The notes: a model not told the origin generated them from the letters alone. 64,000 nt of DNA from Pseudomonadota bacterium (GCA_023415035.1 JAEZLX010000008.1:11277-75276); one strand, 5' to 3'. Counted from the first letter of the stretch, positions 20,545 to 31,900 are shown. Numbers and translations: made by a program.

Positions 20545-21233
20545 GGCTTGCCTCCGGTTTCGACATGGCCGGTGTATGCCTGCAGCGACCGGGAAGCGGT
20601 CGACATGCGATGCCCCACCTCGCGCAGTTCGGCCAGGATGGCCTTCTGCCGGGCCACATCCTGGGGTTTCTGGCTCTGGGCGACCTTGCGGAACTCCACG
20701 CTCAGCGCTTCGGCCCGGGCGGCTTCATCGACAAGCGCCCGTGTCGACCGGATGAAGTGCGGATCCAGCACGCCGTCGCTGATGCGCTCGACATCCGCCA
20801 TGACCTGGCGGACATCCTCGATGGTCGCCTTCGGCCCCAGCGCACGCAGCTGCATCAGCTTCTCGCGCACCTGCGCCCTCTTCTGGCGACGCTCCGCCTT
20901 CGACAGGGCTGTGCCCGTCGAACCCGCATCCCCCTTCCCGCCGTCATCGGCTGGCGCCTGCAACCACGGTACCGTCGGCGCCGCGCCGGACTCGCCGGTC
21001 TGCGTGCCGTCCATCGCAGACGACTCGCCCGCCGCTTCTGCCGGCTGGATCGCCGCCACCTGAGCGTCGGGCGCAACCTGCCCCGGCTGCGGGACCGGCC
21101 CCGCCGCGGGCTCGCCCGCGCGCACCGTTTCCAGTCGCGGATCCTGCGACGGTCCTGCCAGGCGATACCCCACCATGCCCGCCAGAACCAGCAGGCCGAG
21201 GGTTCCGCCAACCAGAATCCCCTTGTTCATCAT
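20541..21233 (-). CDS. Membrane-anchored helical hypothetical protein of the pilus operon
   Basis: N-terminal TM, low-complexity linker, helical C-terminus; ATGA-coupled to neighbours. Confidence 0.65.
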   Translation of the reverse strand: MMNKGILVGGTLGLLVLAGMVGYRLAGPSQDPRLETVRAGEPAAGPVPQPGQVAPDAQVAAIQPAEAAGESSAMDGTQTGESGAAPTVPWLQAPADDGGKGDAGSTGTALSKAERRQKRAQVREKLMQLRALGPKATIEDVRQVMADVERISDGVLDPHFIRSTRALVDEAARAEALSVEFRKVAQSQKPQDVARQKAILAELREVGHRMSTASRSLQAYTGHVETGGKP

Positions 21234-21772
21234 CGCCTCGCCGGAGCCTGACGCGATCTGGCCGGTTCACGCGAACCTTCCGGGGCTTGGCCACGTTCGG
21301 CCACCGGCACCCGCACGCGCGCGCCGTTCTTGCGAACGAAGGTCACGGCTTCAATCTGGATGGACTCGACAGTGAGCCCCCCCTGCACGGCTTCGCCGAC
21401 ATGCGCCAGGCGCCCATCGACGATGGCCTTGCCTTCCGCTCCGGTTTCGAGCACCACCGTCACCACGGGAACATGCAGCACTTCGGGGGCGCGCGCCGGT
21501 GCCGCCGTGACAGCAGGTGCCGCCGCCTGTGCGAACAGGGCTTGTCGCGGTGAAGCGCCTGCGGAAACGTCAGCCGCCTTGAGCAGCGTGTCCAGTGCGA
21601 ACCGCAGCTCCACCAGCGCCTGCTGCTGGTTGTCGGTCGGTGGCGTCACCGACCCCTGCAGGGGCAGGAACGAACGCCCCTGGACGCCGGCACGCGGCGA
21701 CAGCGCCGCTGCAGCCAAAGCCACGACGATCACCGCAAGAGCGCTCAGAAACAGGGCAACGTATCTCATCAC
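21230..21772 (-). CDS. MshK/GspB-like accessory protein
   Basis: N-terminal TM; C-terminal AIVDGRLAHVGEAVQGGLTVESI beta-domain pattern. Confidence 0.6.
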   Translation of the reverse strand: MMRYVALFLSALAVIVVALAAAALSPRAGVQGRSFLPLQGSVTPPTDNQQQALVELRFALDTLLKAADVSAGASPRQALFAQAAAPAVTAAPARAPEVLHVPVVTVVLETGAEGKAIVDGRLAHVGEAVQGGLTVESIQIEAVTFVRKNGARVRVPVAERGQAPEGSREPARSRQAPARR

Positions 21773-21810
21773 TTATCCGATCAGTCAGGGACTCCTCTAG
21801 GAGCCTCTGT

Positions 21811-23100
21811 TCAGCGACTTGCGGCCGGGACCGCCCGCAGGTAGTACGCAAACGCACCGGCGGCGCTGTCGCCCGGCGCCGTGGATTCGGCTTCCCAGCC
21901 TTCGGCCCGCAAGGCCGCCAGGAAGTGGCTCAGAGCCTCCGCGGCTCCCTCTTCGGCGACACCATCGACGCGGAACCGCGCAGGCGTCGGCGGCATCCCC
22001 TTGTTCAGCTGCACACGCTGGATGCGGATCTGCTCGCCAGCCACATGGCGCAGCACACCCAGCATGCGAACCGGGTCATGGCTCATCGCAAAACCCAGCT
22101 GCCGGGCGAACGCAAATTCCGGCGCCTCGCTCACGGGCACGCGATCGCCCTGCGCCTTGGCCACACGCTCGCGCAAACCCTCGACATCGGTTTTCAGCTC
22201 CGCCACGATCGACTGCTCGGCACGCGCCGCGCGATCGGCAAAGAAACCGACCACACCGAGACCCGCCGCGATCACGGCCACCATGGCCACCACGGCCTGC
22301 ACATGCCTTTCCGCGAACCAGGCCAGCCGCTGCACAACGGGCACGGTCCAGGCCCGAGCAGGCACTCTGGCCAGCAATCCGGGCAGCGCCGACACCACCG
22401 TCGTGCCCGAGGCATCCGCAAAAGGCGTCAGCGGCAACGGGGCCGCCTGCACGACGCCCGCCTCGGACAGGGCAGCGATCAGCGCCTGCTCACGGCTCTC
22501 CTCGCCCGGCTGCGCCACGGCCCATCGGCACTGGCGGGCGGCGCCTTTCCAGCCACCCGACCTGAACTGGGTCAGGGCGGCACGGACCGGCACCACGAAG
22601 TCGAACGGGTCCTGCCCGAGTGCCGCCGCCGATGCGTAGTGCAACCGGCCGTCCTGCTCGCCATAGACATGCAGCTGGGAACCCGACCTCAGGATCACCG
22701 GATCCTCGCCCGCGCCGCCGGCGGCGAGCAGTCCTGCCAACGGCAGGATCAGACAATGATCGCGTTGCCGCATCGCCCAGGACTGCAGTTCCTGCCACTG
22801 GGCCAGAGGCACGGCGGTGTACAGCGACTGGTTGCTGTCCGCGTGTCCGACCTGCCGGTGGATGAGCACCTGGACGGCACCATCGATCAGGCCTTCGGCA
22901 CGCACCTGTTTCTCGATCTGGGCCGCTGCATAGGCGCGTTTGCCCTTGCAGTACTGGACACCCACAAGGGCGTCCACGAAATCGACCACCACCAGTGCCG
23001 GACCTTCAAGCCTGGGCCACGGCTGGATCTCGCGAGCCTGCCCCCGATCCAGCTGCATCCAGCCCTGCGCCGAGACGAAAATGATCTGTTCGGTCGTCAT
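21811..23100 (-). CDS. PilM/PilN (GspL/MshI)-like alignment protein
   Basis: Cytoplasmic domain, one TM, coiled coil and ferredoxin-like C-terminus (IRIQRVQL..FRVDG); operon position. Confidence 0.55.
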   Translation of the reverse strand: MTTEQIIFVSAQGWMQLDRGQAREIQPWPRLEGPALVVVDFVDALVGVQYCKGKRAYAAAQIEKQVRAEGLIDGAVQVLIHRQVGHADSNQSLYTAVPLAQWQELQSWAMRQRDHCLILPLAGLLAAGGAGEDPVILRSGSQLHVYGEQDGRLHYASAAALGQDPFDFVVPVRAALTQFRSGGWKGAARQCRWAVAQPGEESREQALIAALSEAGVVQAAPLPLTPFADASGTTVVSALPGLLARVPARAWTVPVVQRLAWFAERHVQAVVAMVAVIAAGLGVVGFFADRAARAEQSIVAELKTDVEGLRERVAKAQGDRVPVSEAPEFAFARQLGFAMSHDPVRMLGVLRHVAGEQIRIQRVQLNKGMPPTPARFRVDGVAEEGAAEALSHFLAALRAEGWEAESTAPGDSAAGAFAYYLRAVPAASR

Positions 23101-23576
23101 GGCGCCTCGAACGGGAAATACACGACACCCACCATCTCGAGGTTGAAGCCCCGGTCATTGGGCGGCGGCGGCGTGAACAGCCCCGCCATGGGCGATGTCA
23201 CGGACAGGTCGAAGCGCTCCGCGGCGAACCACTGACGCCCTTGCACACCGAACTGCTGCCCCAGCAGCGTTTCCGCCTCCTGGCGGCTGATCTGCGAGGA
23301 TGCGCGCTGTACCCGGCGATTGGTCCAGCGGGCCGGGTCAATCCCCAGCCGCGCCGCTATCGCCCGGACCTCGTCCATCTGGGTCGCGTAGGCCTCGCGC
23401 TGTTCGACAAGCGGCAGCTGCGCCTGCAGCTGCGACTTCTCGAAACGCAGCGCAGCCGCCTGTGCACGCGTCTGCTCAAGGCGGGACATTCCCTTGACCG
23501 CCGTCCAGCAGGTCAGGAGCAGCAGGAGCGTCACCCCAGCCAGAGCCATCAGCCGCCCATTCCGGGACAACACCAT
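23097..23576 (-). CDS. PilO/MshJ-like membrane protein (hypothetical)
   Basis: ATG 23576 overlaps the upstream stop (TGATG); TM followed by coiled coil. Confidence 0.5.
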   Translation of the reverse strand: MVLSRNGRLMALAGVTLLLLLTCWTAVKGMSRLEQTRAQAAALRFEKSQLQAQLPLVEQREAYATQMDEVRAIAARLGIDPARWTNRRVQRASSQISRQEAETLLGQQFGVQGRQWFAAERFDLSVTSPMAGLFTPPPPNDRGFNLEMVGVVYFPFEAP

Positions 23577-24475
23577 CACTGCTCCATGGCCCAATGCGCC
23601 GTCAGCAGGGTGACGCGGTCTTCGTCGTACTGACGTCCGCGCGCCGTGGCACCGTTCGGATTGCCGGGCCCGATCGCCGTGGTATCCGAGCTGCTGTGCT
23701 TGTTGCCCAGGATGTTGCTGGAGACGGTGTTGTTGGCTTCCCAAGCCGTACCGGGCGCATTGGCCTCACCCATCTGGGTGTGCGGTGCACGACCCTGGAT
23801 GCGGAAGCGGCCTTCACGCGAATCCGGCTTGCCATCGATCACCTGGTCCAGGTAACGAGCCAGGTCAGGCGTCAGACCCCGGATCACCATCACGTTCCCT
23901 GCACCACTGGTCGTGCCGGCGGGATTCCACTGGAAGCACACCTGCACTTCGGCCGTGTTGCCGTTGCTGTCCTGGTAGACGTACCGGTCCTCATGGCCTT
24001 CGCCACGACCCGGCGGCAGGCGCAGGCCATGACGGACCATCAGGTCACGCAGCGACTGCCGTGCAAGCTCCGCGTCGCCACGGCCCACCTGGTCGTGCGC
24101 ATAGCCCTGGCCTTCACAGATCTTCAGGCCCGTGTTCCGGAAATTTTCCGGAATGCCCGCCACGTTCAGGCGACCGCCGCGCTCGCAGGCATCCACCGAA
24201 CCGATCCGGGCTTCGGCACCATTGACCATGTAGGTCGGCGCCTGCTGGCAGTCGCCCAGCACCGTGCCCGTGCGCTGGTAGTACTGGTCGTACGCCATCT
24301 TCCACGGGTCGAGGAACTTGTTGGCGATTTTCGTGTACTCGGCATTGCGCTGCACATCCTTGCCGATGGACACGGCGCCAACGATCAGACCGATGACGGC
24401 CAGCACCAGCGCCAGTTCGACCAGCATGTAGCCGCGCTGCGCACCGCGGCGCCGCGACGTGTGATTGCTTTTCAT
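23576..24475 (-). CDS. Type IV prepilin-like protein (group A)
   Basis: QRG/YMLVE; paralog of the ORF at 24502 (GKDVQRNAEYTKI, GLTPDLARYLDQ..DGKPD.REGRFR). Confidence 0.88.
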   Translation of the reverse strand: MKSNHTSRRRGAQRGYMLVELALVLAVIGLIVGAVSIGKDVQRNAEYTKIANKFLDPWKMAYDQYYQRTGTVLGDCQQAPTYMVNGAEARIGSVDACERGGRLNVAGIPENFRNTGLKICEGQGYAHDQVGRGDAELARQSLRDLMVRHGLRLPPGRGEGHEDRYVYQDSNGNTAEVQVCFQWNPAGTTSGAGNVMVIRGLTPDLARYLDQVIDGKPDSREGRFRIQGRAPHTQMGEANAPGTAWEANNTVSSNILGNKHSSSDTTAIGPGNPNGATARGRQYDEDRVTLLTAHWAMEQ

Positions 24476-24501
24476 GGTTCGATCCCTCGGATGACGCGGG
24501 G

Positions 24502-25323
24502 TTACTGGTTCATCTTGTAGATCGCAACCACGGTCTTGACCTGGTCTTCGTCGAACTTGCGTCCTGCCGTCGTCACATCCGCGTGGTAATCGTGCGTGTT
24601 GTCACCCGCCCATTCCACGCCCGGCTCGTTGGCATCACCGTTGCCGACATCCTGCTGACGGAAGCGCCCTTCACGCGCATCGGGCTTGCCGTCGACCATC
24701 TGGTCGAGGTAGCGGGCCAGATCGGGCGTGAGCCCGGAGATGATCATCACATTGCCGGAGTTGTCCGCCGAACTCGGCTTGTTCCACTGGAAGCAGACCT
24801 GCACTTCCTGCGGGTTGCCATTCGTGTCCAGATAGACATAGCGGTCTTCGTAGCCTTCAGCCCGACCCGGCGGCAGGCGCACACCCGCACGCAGCATCTG
24901 GTCGCGAAGGTCGACAACTGCCGTGCCGCGGCCCAGCATGCCCACGCCCTCAGCCTTGTCACACACACGGGGGGGCAGGGTTGCCACGTCCGCCATGTTG
25001 CCACCCGACAGCGGCGCATCCGCATCGGCCTCATAGGCCGTGCCATTGACCATCAGGCGAGGAGCCGTCTGGCTGTCGCCCACCACCACGCCGGTGCGCT
25101 GGTAATGCTGGTTGTAGGCTTGTTCCCATTGATCAATGAACTTATTCTTGATCTTGGTGTATTCGGCATTGCGCTGGACATCCTTGCCAATGGCCATGGC
25201 GCCGATGATCAGACCGATGACCGCCAACACCACAGACAGCTCGACGAGCGTGAAGCCCGACTGCTTGGAACGGCCACGCATACCCCGAGGGCGACGAAAT
25301 TCCAGAAACATGTACTTCTCCAT
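24502..25323 (-). CDS. Type IV prepilin-like protein (group A; first gene, candidate major pilin)
   Basis: QSG/FTLVE; start at 25323 or 25311. Confidence 0.88.
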   Translation of the reverse strand: MEKYMFLEFRRPRGMRGRSKQSGFTLVELSVVLAVIGLIIGAMAIGKDVQRNAEYTKIKNKFIDQWEQAYNQHYQRTGVVVGDSQTAPRLMVNGTAYEADADAPLSGGNMADVATLPPRVCDKAEGVGMLGRGTAVVDLRDQMLRAGVRLPPGRAEGYEDRYVYLDTNGNPQEVQVCFQWNKPSSADNSGNVMIISGLTPDLARYLDQMVDGKPDAREGRFRQQDVGNGDANEPGVEWAGDNTHDYHADVTTAGRKFDEDQVKTVVAIYKMNQ

Positions 25324-25367
25324 TACTAAAAGTAACAGGTCGCAGCATACGAACGACAGCGCCGTCG

Positions 25368-25387
25368 AAACTGTCACAAACTGTCAC
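25368..25387. promoter_or_regulatory. Tandem direct repeat, candidate OmpR/PhoB-family operator
   Basis: AAACTGTCAC x2 with 10-bp period, just upstream of the first pilin gene and next to an OmpR-type regulator gene. Confidence 0.5.
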
Positions 25388-25486
25388 GTTTTGGCAAATT
25401 TGAAGTACTTTTTTGTGTGATTCTTCACACTTCTTGACGCTTGAGTATGCGATTGCCGTCTATGACGGCAGGGTGCCTGCGCTCGA

Positions 25487-26197
25487 TCAGTCCAGGACAA
25501 TGCGCAATGAGGGCGCCTGGCTGAAGCGGTAGCCACGCCCTCGCACCATGACGATGGCATCGGCCTGTACGCCCACGGTCTCCAGCTTGCGGCGCAGACG
25601 GCGCACAAGCGAAAACAAGGCGTTCTGGTAGTCCGCCTCTTCCTCGTCACGCCACAGCATGGCGCGCAATGCCTCGCTTTCCACGATCACGCCAGGCGAC
25701 TGAGCCAGCATCTGCAACACCATGAGTTCCCGTGACGTCAGCCCGACGCGCTGGCCGTTTCCGCCTTCCAGGCACCGGCTGGCCAGCATCAGCCTGGGGC
25801 CCGACTCGCGGCGCGCGGCCTCACCCGAGGGAGCGGCCCGGGCCACCACCGCCTTGAGCGCCAGCTCCACTTCCTCCATTTCCACGGGCTTGACCAGATA
25901 GACATCGGTGCCAGAGCGCCAGCCGGCCAGCCTGTCACTGGCCGAGTAGCGACCCGACAGCATCACCACCCCCACCGACGGGTACGCGCTCCGCACCCAC
26001 TGTGTCAGCTCGATCCCCGATTCGCCAGGCAAGCCCACATCCACCAGCAACAGGTCCGGGACGCGCTCGATGAACTGCCCACGCAGCGCCTGCCCGTCGC
26101 GCACGGCGCGCACGGTCCATTGCCCACTCTCCTGGAGATACTCCGCCAACGACTCCCGAAGGTTGTCGAAGTCCTCGCATATCACGACATCCCACAT
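25487..26197 (-). CDS. OmpR-family response regulator
   Basis: Receiver domain (ED, LLVDVGLPGESG, KP) plus winged helix (LTSRE..., VRGRGY). Confidence 0.92.
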   Translation of the reverse strand: MWDVVICEDFDNLRESLAEYLQESGQWTVRAVRDGQALRGQFIERVPDLLLVDVGLPGESGIELTQWVRSAYPSVGVVMLSGRYSASDRLAGWRSGTDVYLVKPVEMEEVELALKAVVARAAPSGEAARRESGPRLMLASRCLEGGNGQRVGLTSRELMVLQMLAQSPGVIVESEALRAMLWRDEEEADYQNALFSLVRRLRRKLETVGVQADAIVMVRGRGYRFSQAPSLRIVLD

Positions 26198-26203
26198 AAA
26201 TGT

Positions 26204-28300
26204 TCACGCGAATTCATTGTTTCCGGTAACCGGCTCCAGCCCGTACGCCGTTGCCGCATGCAACGGCATCACGAGAGAGAAGCAGATATCCCCTCCTTCC
26301 GCGTGATAGGTGATGTCGCCATGCAATATCTGTGCAATGCCGCGAACCCAGTAAAGCCCCAAACCGGTGCCTGAAAGGCCTTGCGCGCCTTGCGCGCGGT
26401 AGTACTTCTTGAACAGCCGCCCGGTATCGGGAAAGCCCGCCTCGCCCACACGGTTGACCACCCCCAGCCGAAGCTCCTGGAGTCCGGGCTGACTGCCCGG
26501 GCAGACCTCGGCCCGCAAGCGGACCACCGAGCCGGCGGGAGAATACTTCAACGCATTGTTCACCAGATTGCGGACCATCAAAAGAACCAGCGGCACGCCG
26601 CAGTTCATGCGCGCACCCCGCAGCCCGCCGGCATCCCTGAGCTGGCGCCATCCGTCCAGGTCCACCCGCCTGTCCGCCTGCCCGAATTCGGTCACCAGCC
26701 GCTCCATCACCTGCTGCGCGTCGACCCATGGCTGCACGCCGTCGTGCCACTCGCCATCGCCTTCCACCTGGCGCTTGTGGTGCCCGATCTCGCTGAAAGC
26801 CTCGACCTCCAGGAACAGCCCCCGCATCTGACTGATCGATGCATCGATGCGTTGCAGATCCCGGCGCAAGGGAGCGTTGTCCACGTCGCCCATCGACTGC
26901 AGGCGGCGCTTGAGCCCTCCCAGCGCCATCGCCAGCACCGTCAGCGGTGACCGCACCTCGTGCAGCAGCATGCCCAGAAAGCGCCCGTCCTCCTCACGCT
27001 CGCGGCGCTCGCTGGCCACCCTCTGACGGGTCAGCTCCAGCTCCCGGGCAGCGTTTTCTTTCTGTCTGGCCAGCAGCTTGTTGCGTCGCAGGAGCGTCAG
27101 CTGCAACACTACGGCGGTGACCGCATTCACGAAGAGCCCCGGGTACAGCTGCATAAAGCTCGCGGGCATGATGCCGCGGGCCAGCAGGAAGAACACCGTG
27201 AAATAGGCAAAGATCCCCAGCATGTTCAGCCGCAGCAGCCACTCCTCGATGGCGTCGTCCGAATGCACGTCGAAGGTCATCAGGGCCGCGATCACGGCCG
27301 ATAGGGGCACCACGATGACGTTGATGGAAAAACCTTCGTGGGACATGCCCAGCAACACCAGCAGCAGCTGCAGCACCAGAAGGGAGATATGCAGGTCCAG
27401 CAACCTCAGCGGCCAGACCGCGCTGACGTGCTGGCGCACATAGGTGCGGTAGAAAACCGCGCCGCACAGGAAATGGACAGAGGAGATCACGTCTGTCAGG
27501 CGGTTGGCCAGCTCCGGCTGTTGCGGCCAGACCAGGCGGTTACCCATCCCGAAGTACATGACCACGGCCACCGCCGTCACGATCTGGTACACGGCATTGA
27601 GCCCCCAGAGGCGGTCCCGTCCCGTCACGGCCAGCAGGGCCGACCCGAAGGACAGCAGCAGCACTCCTCCGCCGTAGACGCCGACCCCCAGCAGGGTCAG
27701 CGCGTCCTCGTTGACGACATCCAGCTCGTCCAGCAGGCGGATATGTGTGGCGATGCCGGTGCTCGACATCACCCGCACGTACATCCATTGTCCGGGTGCT
27801 GCGGTGGCATCCACCGCGAACCCCAGTTCTTCGCGCGGACGCTGCGCGAACGCATGGCTGTCCCCCTGCCGGGACTCGATCCAGCGTGCCGGGTCACCGG
27901 GGTCCGGCAGGAAGAACCGGACATCATCCAGATAGCTGGGCTGCACCAGCAGCACCTGACGGTTGCCCCCGGCCGATGCAGGCCGCTGCAGCCGGAACCA
28001 GTGTGCTGCCCGTGAGTGGCCCGCCGACTGCATCGCCGACACCTGTTCGAACGCCGCATCGTCCAGGGCGTGAACCTCGTCCACCGTCATGGTGGCGGTG
28101 TCGTCGATGTAGCGGAACACCAAGGCCTGACTCGGATGCCCGTCCATCCAGAAAGACACCACCAGGTAAAAGGCGGCAATCACCAGCGCCTGCAGCATGT
28201 ACTGCAAGGTCCGAAGCCGCGCCGACTTTCCTCGGCGCACAAAAAGGGACGCTGCTGTTGCCCGCAAACGGGTCAACGCAGGATGACAATCGCCGGACAT
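26204..28300 (-). CDS. 7TM-DISM sensor histidine kinase
   Basis: Periplasmic DISMED2-like domain (HWFRL, PSYLDDV, GD..AF..R), about 7 TM segments, H-box LLHEVRSPL, NLVNNALKYS, GTGLGLY; start uncertain. Confidence 0.88.
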   Translation of the reverse strand: MSGDCHPALTRLRATAASLFVRRGKSARLRTLQYMLQALVIAAFYLVVSFWMDGHPSQALVFRYIDDTATMTVDEVHALDDAAFEQVSAMQSAGHSRAAHWFRLQRPASAGGNRQVLLVQPSYLDDVRFFLPDPGDPARWIESRQGDSHAFAQRPREELGFAVDATAAPGQWMYVRVMSSTGIATHIRLLDELDVVNEDALTLLGVGVYGGGVLLLSFGSALLAVTGRDRLWGLNAVYQIVTAVAVVMYFGMGNRLVWPQQPELANRLTDVISSVHFLCGAVFYRTYVRQHVSAVWPLRLLDLHISLLVLQLLLVLLGMSHEGFSINVIVVPLSAVIAALMTFDVHSDDAIEEWLLRLNMLGIFAYFTVFFLLARGIMPASFMQLYPGLFVNAVTAVVLQLTLLRRNKLLARQKENAARELELTRQRVASERREREEDGRFLGMLLHEVRSPLTVLAMALGGLKRRLQSMGDVDNAPLRRDLQRIDASISQMRGLFLEVEAFSEIGHHKRQVEGDGEWHDGVQPWVDAQQVMERLVTEFGQADRRVDLDGWRQLRDAGGLRGARMNCGVPLVLLMVRNLVNNALKYSPAGSVVRLRAEVCPGSQPGLQELRLGVVNRVGEAGFPDTGRLFKKYYRAQGAQGLSGTGLGLYWVRGIAQILHGDITYHAEGGDICFSLVMPLHAATAYGLEPVTGNNEFA

Positions 28301-28922
28301 GGTGGTGTGGGCTTCGGATCTTGTAATTCGTTTGCGCGGATTTAACTATGAAATGCTTAGCCTGTGAAGCATTTCCCACCCAAGATGTGATGGCCCACCA
28401 GCGCCTGAGCCAATGAGCCGGATCAATCAGGTCACACCGGGCGGCCCGAAGCCCCCTGCCAGCCCCGCCATTGCGCCGGCGTCTGGCGATGGCGCTCCCG
28501 AGCCGGGAGATGGCCTCTCAGCAACGCATCGCCCACGGCCCACACATGGGATGCGCCCCCCGCGAGGCAGCGAAGGATACCAACACGGATCAGCGGCAGG
28601 CCTTGCACCAAAAATGTGCGCATATTCACACTTGGCGATTTCTCTGCCCTTTTTGAGCAAAAAGCCACTACCAAACTGAGGTTGGGGAACTAGTATCAAA
28701 TAGTAAGTAAACTTACGGTAATCGCCACAAGGAGCTGTATTGCCCCATGTACACCGTCCATTCGACCATTGGCGACAAGTCGGTGTCGCCCCCCCGGCTT
28801 TGCTTTCAGCCCGGCCTTCGCTAACTGACTGACTGTTCCCCCCGACATCCTCTCCTGACAGGTACCACGCTCCACCAGCAACTGGGGAGGATGTTCTTGC
28901 GCTACGTCCCTGGAGTCCTCCC

Positions 28923-31900
28923 TTGAACAAGAACAAGCTGGTTTTCCGCCCATCCCGCCGAGCCATCGCCCTTGAACCCCGGCTGCTGTTCGACGGCGCA
29001 GGTGCCATTGCCGCGGCAGATGCCGCCGAAACCGAGACGGCACAGCCTCCGGTGCCAGCTGCCACGCAGCAGGACAGCAGCAGCACACCAGCGAGCACGA
29101 CCGAAGTCCTGGACAACGCCACAGGCGCCGGGAATCCGGCACCCGACCTGCCAGCGAACAGCGGCACTGCAGATGAAGACAGGCAGGCCCGCCTGGCCGG
29201 CGACGATAACCCGGACGACGACACCGATCCCGCCACCATCGACAACGGCGATGCCGCGAACACGCTGGTGGTGGTGGACGCCCGCGTGGCCGAGATGGAC
29301 GGCTTCACCCTCGATCTGCCGGCCAACGTCACGGTGCGCGTGGTCGCGCGCGACGAATCCGGGCTGGATGCCGTGGGACAGGTCCTGACCGAGAGCGGAC
29401 AGCGTTACGACACCATCCACATCATCAGCCACGGAACGCCCGGCAGCCTGACGCTGGGCAATGAAACCATCGCTGGCGGCAGCCTCAGCGATGCCCAGCG
29501 CGAGAAACTGCTGGCCTGGGCGCCTTCCCTCACGGACGAGGCCGACATCCTGCTCTATGGCTGCGACATCGCCGCCGGCAACGAAGGTGAGGCCTTCATC
29601 ACCGAACTCGCCCACCTCACAGGCGCCGACATCGCTGCCTCGACCGACGCCACCGGCGCCGCCGACAAGGGCGGCGACTGGAATCTGGAGCGAACCACCG
29701 GCGCCATCGAGACACCGGCGCTGAACTTGGCGGGGTTCGACGGGTTGCTGGCCGCCACTGCGGTGATCGACACCGGTACCGCCGAAACGCGAAAGACCAC
29801 CGAAGACACACCGTTGGTCATCAGCGGCGTGACGGTCAGTGGCAACGCCAGCGATGTCATCACGCTGGCCATCACCACCACAGGAGGCACGTCGACACTC
29901 GATGGCCTCGCCGGCCTGACTGTCAACGGGAATGGCAGCACAAGCATCTCCGTCACAGGGACAATCGCCAACATCAACACCGCACTGGCGACATTGAACT
30001 TCAGACCGGAAGAGAACAGGAACAGCCTCACGAGCGGCTACACCCCGAAAATCACGCTGAGCGTCACGGCCGGCGGAACGGGCACACTGGACATCGACAA
30101 CATCGTTGTCACGCCCGTGAATGACGACCCGGTGCTCGACGGTTCGCCATTGGTCGTACGCGAGGGCGGTTCGGCCGCCTTCTCGCTGGAGAACCTGGCA
30201 AGCAGCGCTGCCGACCTGGACCCCGACATCGGCACGGGCCAGCAGGTGCTCACCCAGCTGATGCTGACGCTGGACTCATTGCCGACCGACGGAGAGCTCA
30301 CCTACAAGGGCGGCCCGGTCGAGGTGGGAACGATCATTCCGGTCGAAGATCTGGACCAATTGGTCTACCGGCACACCGCAGGCGACGTCGCCGAAGTCAC
30401 CACCGTGACCTTCAAGGTCACCGTACACGACGGCGGCGGTGGCAGCACTTCCGGCGATCTCTCCATACGGATCGAACCCGTCAACCAGGCGCCTTCGGTG
30501 TCCGGCTCGCCCTGGATGTACGAAGGTGCGGTGGCTTCCGTGGCACCGACCGTGGATCTGGGCGATGCCAACGATTCGGCCACGGTCACGATCGACGAGA
30601 TCGACACCGGCGGACAGGGCTTCTTCTTCATCGACGCCAACAACGATGGTGTGCTGGACGCAGGTGAGGCGATCGTCGGCACATGGACGGGCACGCTGGA
30701 CGATCTTGCGAAGCTGAAGTTCGACCACAACGGTGTCGAGCCCGATGCAGCCGGCGTAAGCACCCCCAGTTACCGTGTGACCGTGAGCGACACCGGTGGC
30801 GGCGAGGGCCCGGAGGCATCCAAGAGCAGCACAAAAACCATCTCGATCGCTGTGCGTCCGAACAACGACGATCCCTTGCTGGACACGAATCGGCATGGAT
30901 CGGAAACGGATGCCCTGGTCATCGACGAATGGAGCACGGTCACGCTGGACAGCACCATGCTCCAAATCCAGGACGTGGACACACCGGAAGCGTCGAACCT
31001 GGTGTACACGCTGACTTCGACCCCGGTTCAGGGGCAGTTGCAGATCCAGATCGAGGGAACCTGGTATGGTCTGAGCAGCGGTGCCCGATTCACGCAGCAT
31101 GACATCGACACGGGTCGAGTCCGGTTCATGGCCTTCGGGGTCAGCAGCGACCAGAACGTCAGCTTCGGCTTCACGGTGCGCGACTCGGCCTTCGGCTACG
31201 ACCTGAGCGACCGCGACGGCATGCCGCCCGGCGTTCTGCGCGAAGGCGGCGTGTACGACAGCAATGGCACGCTCAAGGAGCATCATTTCCACATCACCAT
31301 CCGTCAGGTGGACGATGGCTCGGGCAACGGACAGCTGCCGCTGGACCTGCTGGGTGCCACAGCCAGCCAGGTTGCCAGCAGCAGCGGCGCCGGCAACTGG
31401 CTGGAAGGCTCGGACAACACCATCACCGACACCCAGCTGAGCTGGACATACGTGCGCGAAAACGGGGAAGGCACGATCGAACCGACCCCAGCGAAAGAAA
31501 TCATCTATACGCTCACATCGCTGCCTACCAACGGTACTGTGCTGCTGAACGGACAGGCCCTTGTGGTCGGTGAGAACTTCTCTCAAGACGACATCAACGC
31601 CGGCAGGGTGCGTTTCGTGCACGACGGAGGCGAGGACTTTGTCAGCAGCTTCGACTACTACGTTTCGGATGGCAATTCTCCGCAGATCGGTCGGTTTGAC
31701 ATCGACGTCACACCCCTGAACGACCGCCCGACGGCCAATGGCGGTGCCACGCACGTCAGGGAGGGAGGCAGTGTCCATCTGGATGCGAGCATCATCGGCC
31801 TGTCGGACGCGGACGGTGCCGAGGAAGCCGAAAAGCGGACAGGCGAAGGGGCGGCCGACTTCCTCTGGTTCAAGGTATCCGACCTGCCCGCGCATGGCAC

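Noticed and set aside
25415..25430. CRP/FNR site
   Set aside because: TGTGA and TCACA are 4 bp apart rather than 6
28735..28922. c-di-GMP riboswitch in the adhesin leader
   Set aside because: Hairpins exist (e.g. 28845-28855 with 28884-28894), but I could not match the GEMM consensus; an Rfam scan would be needed
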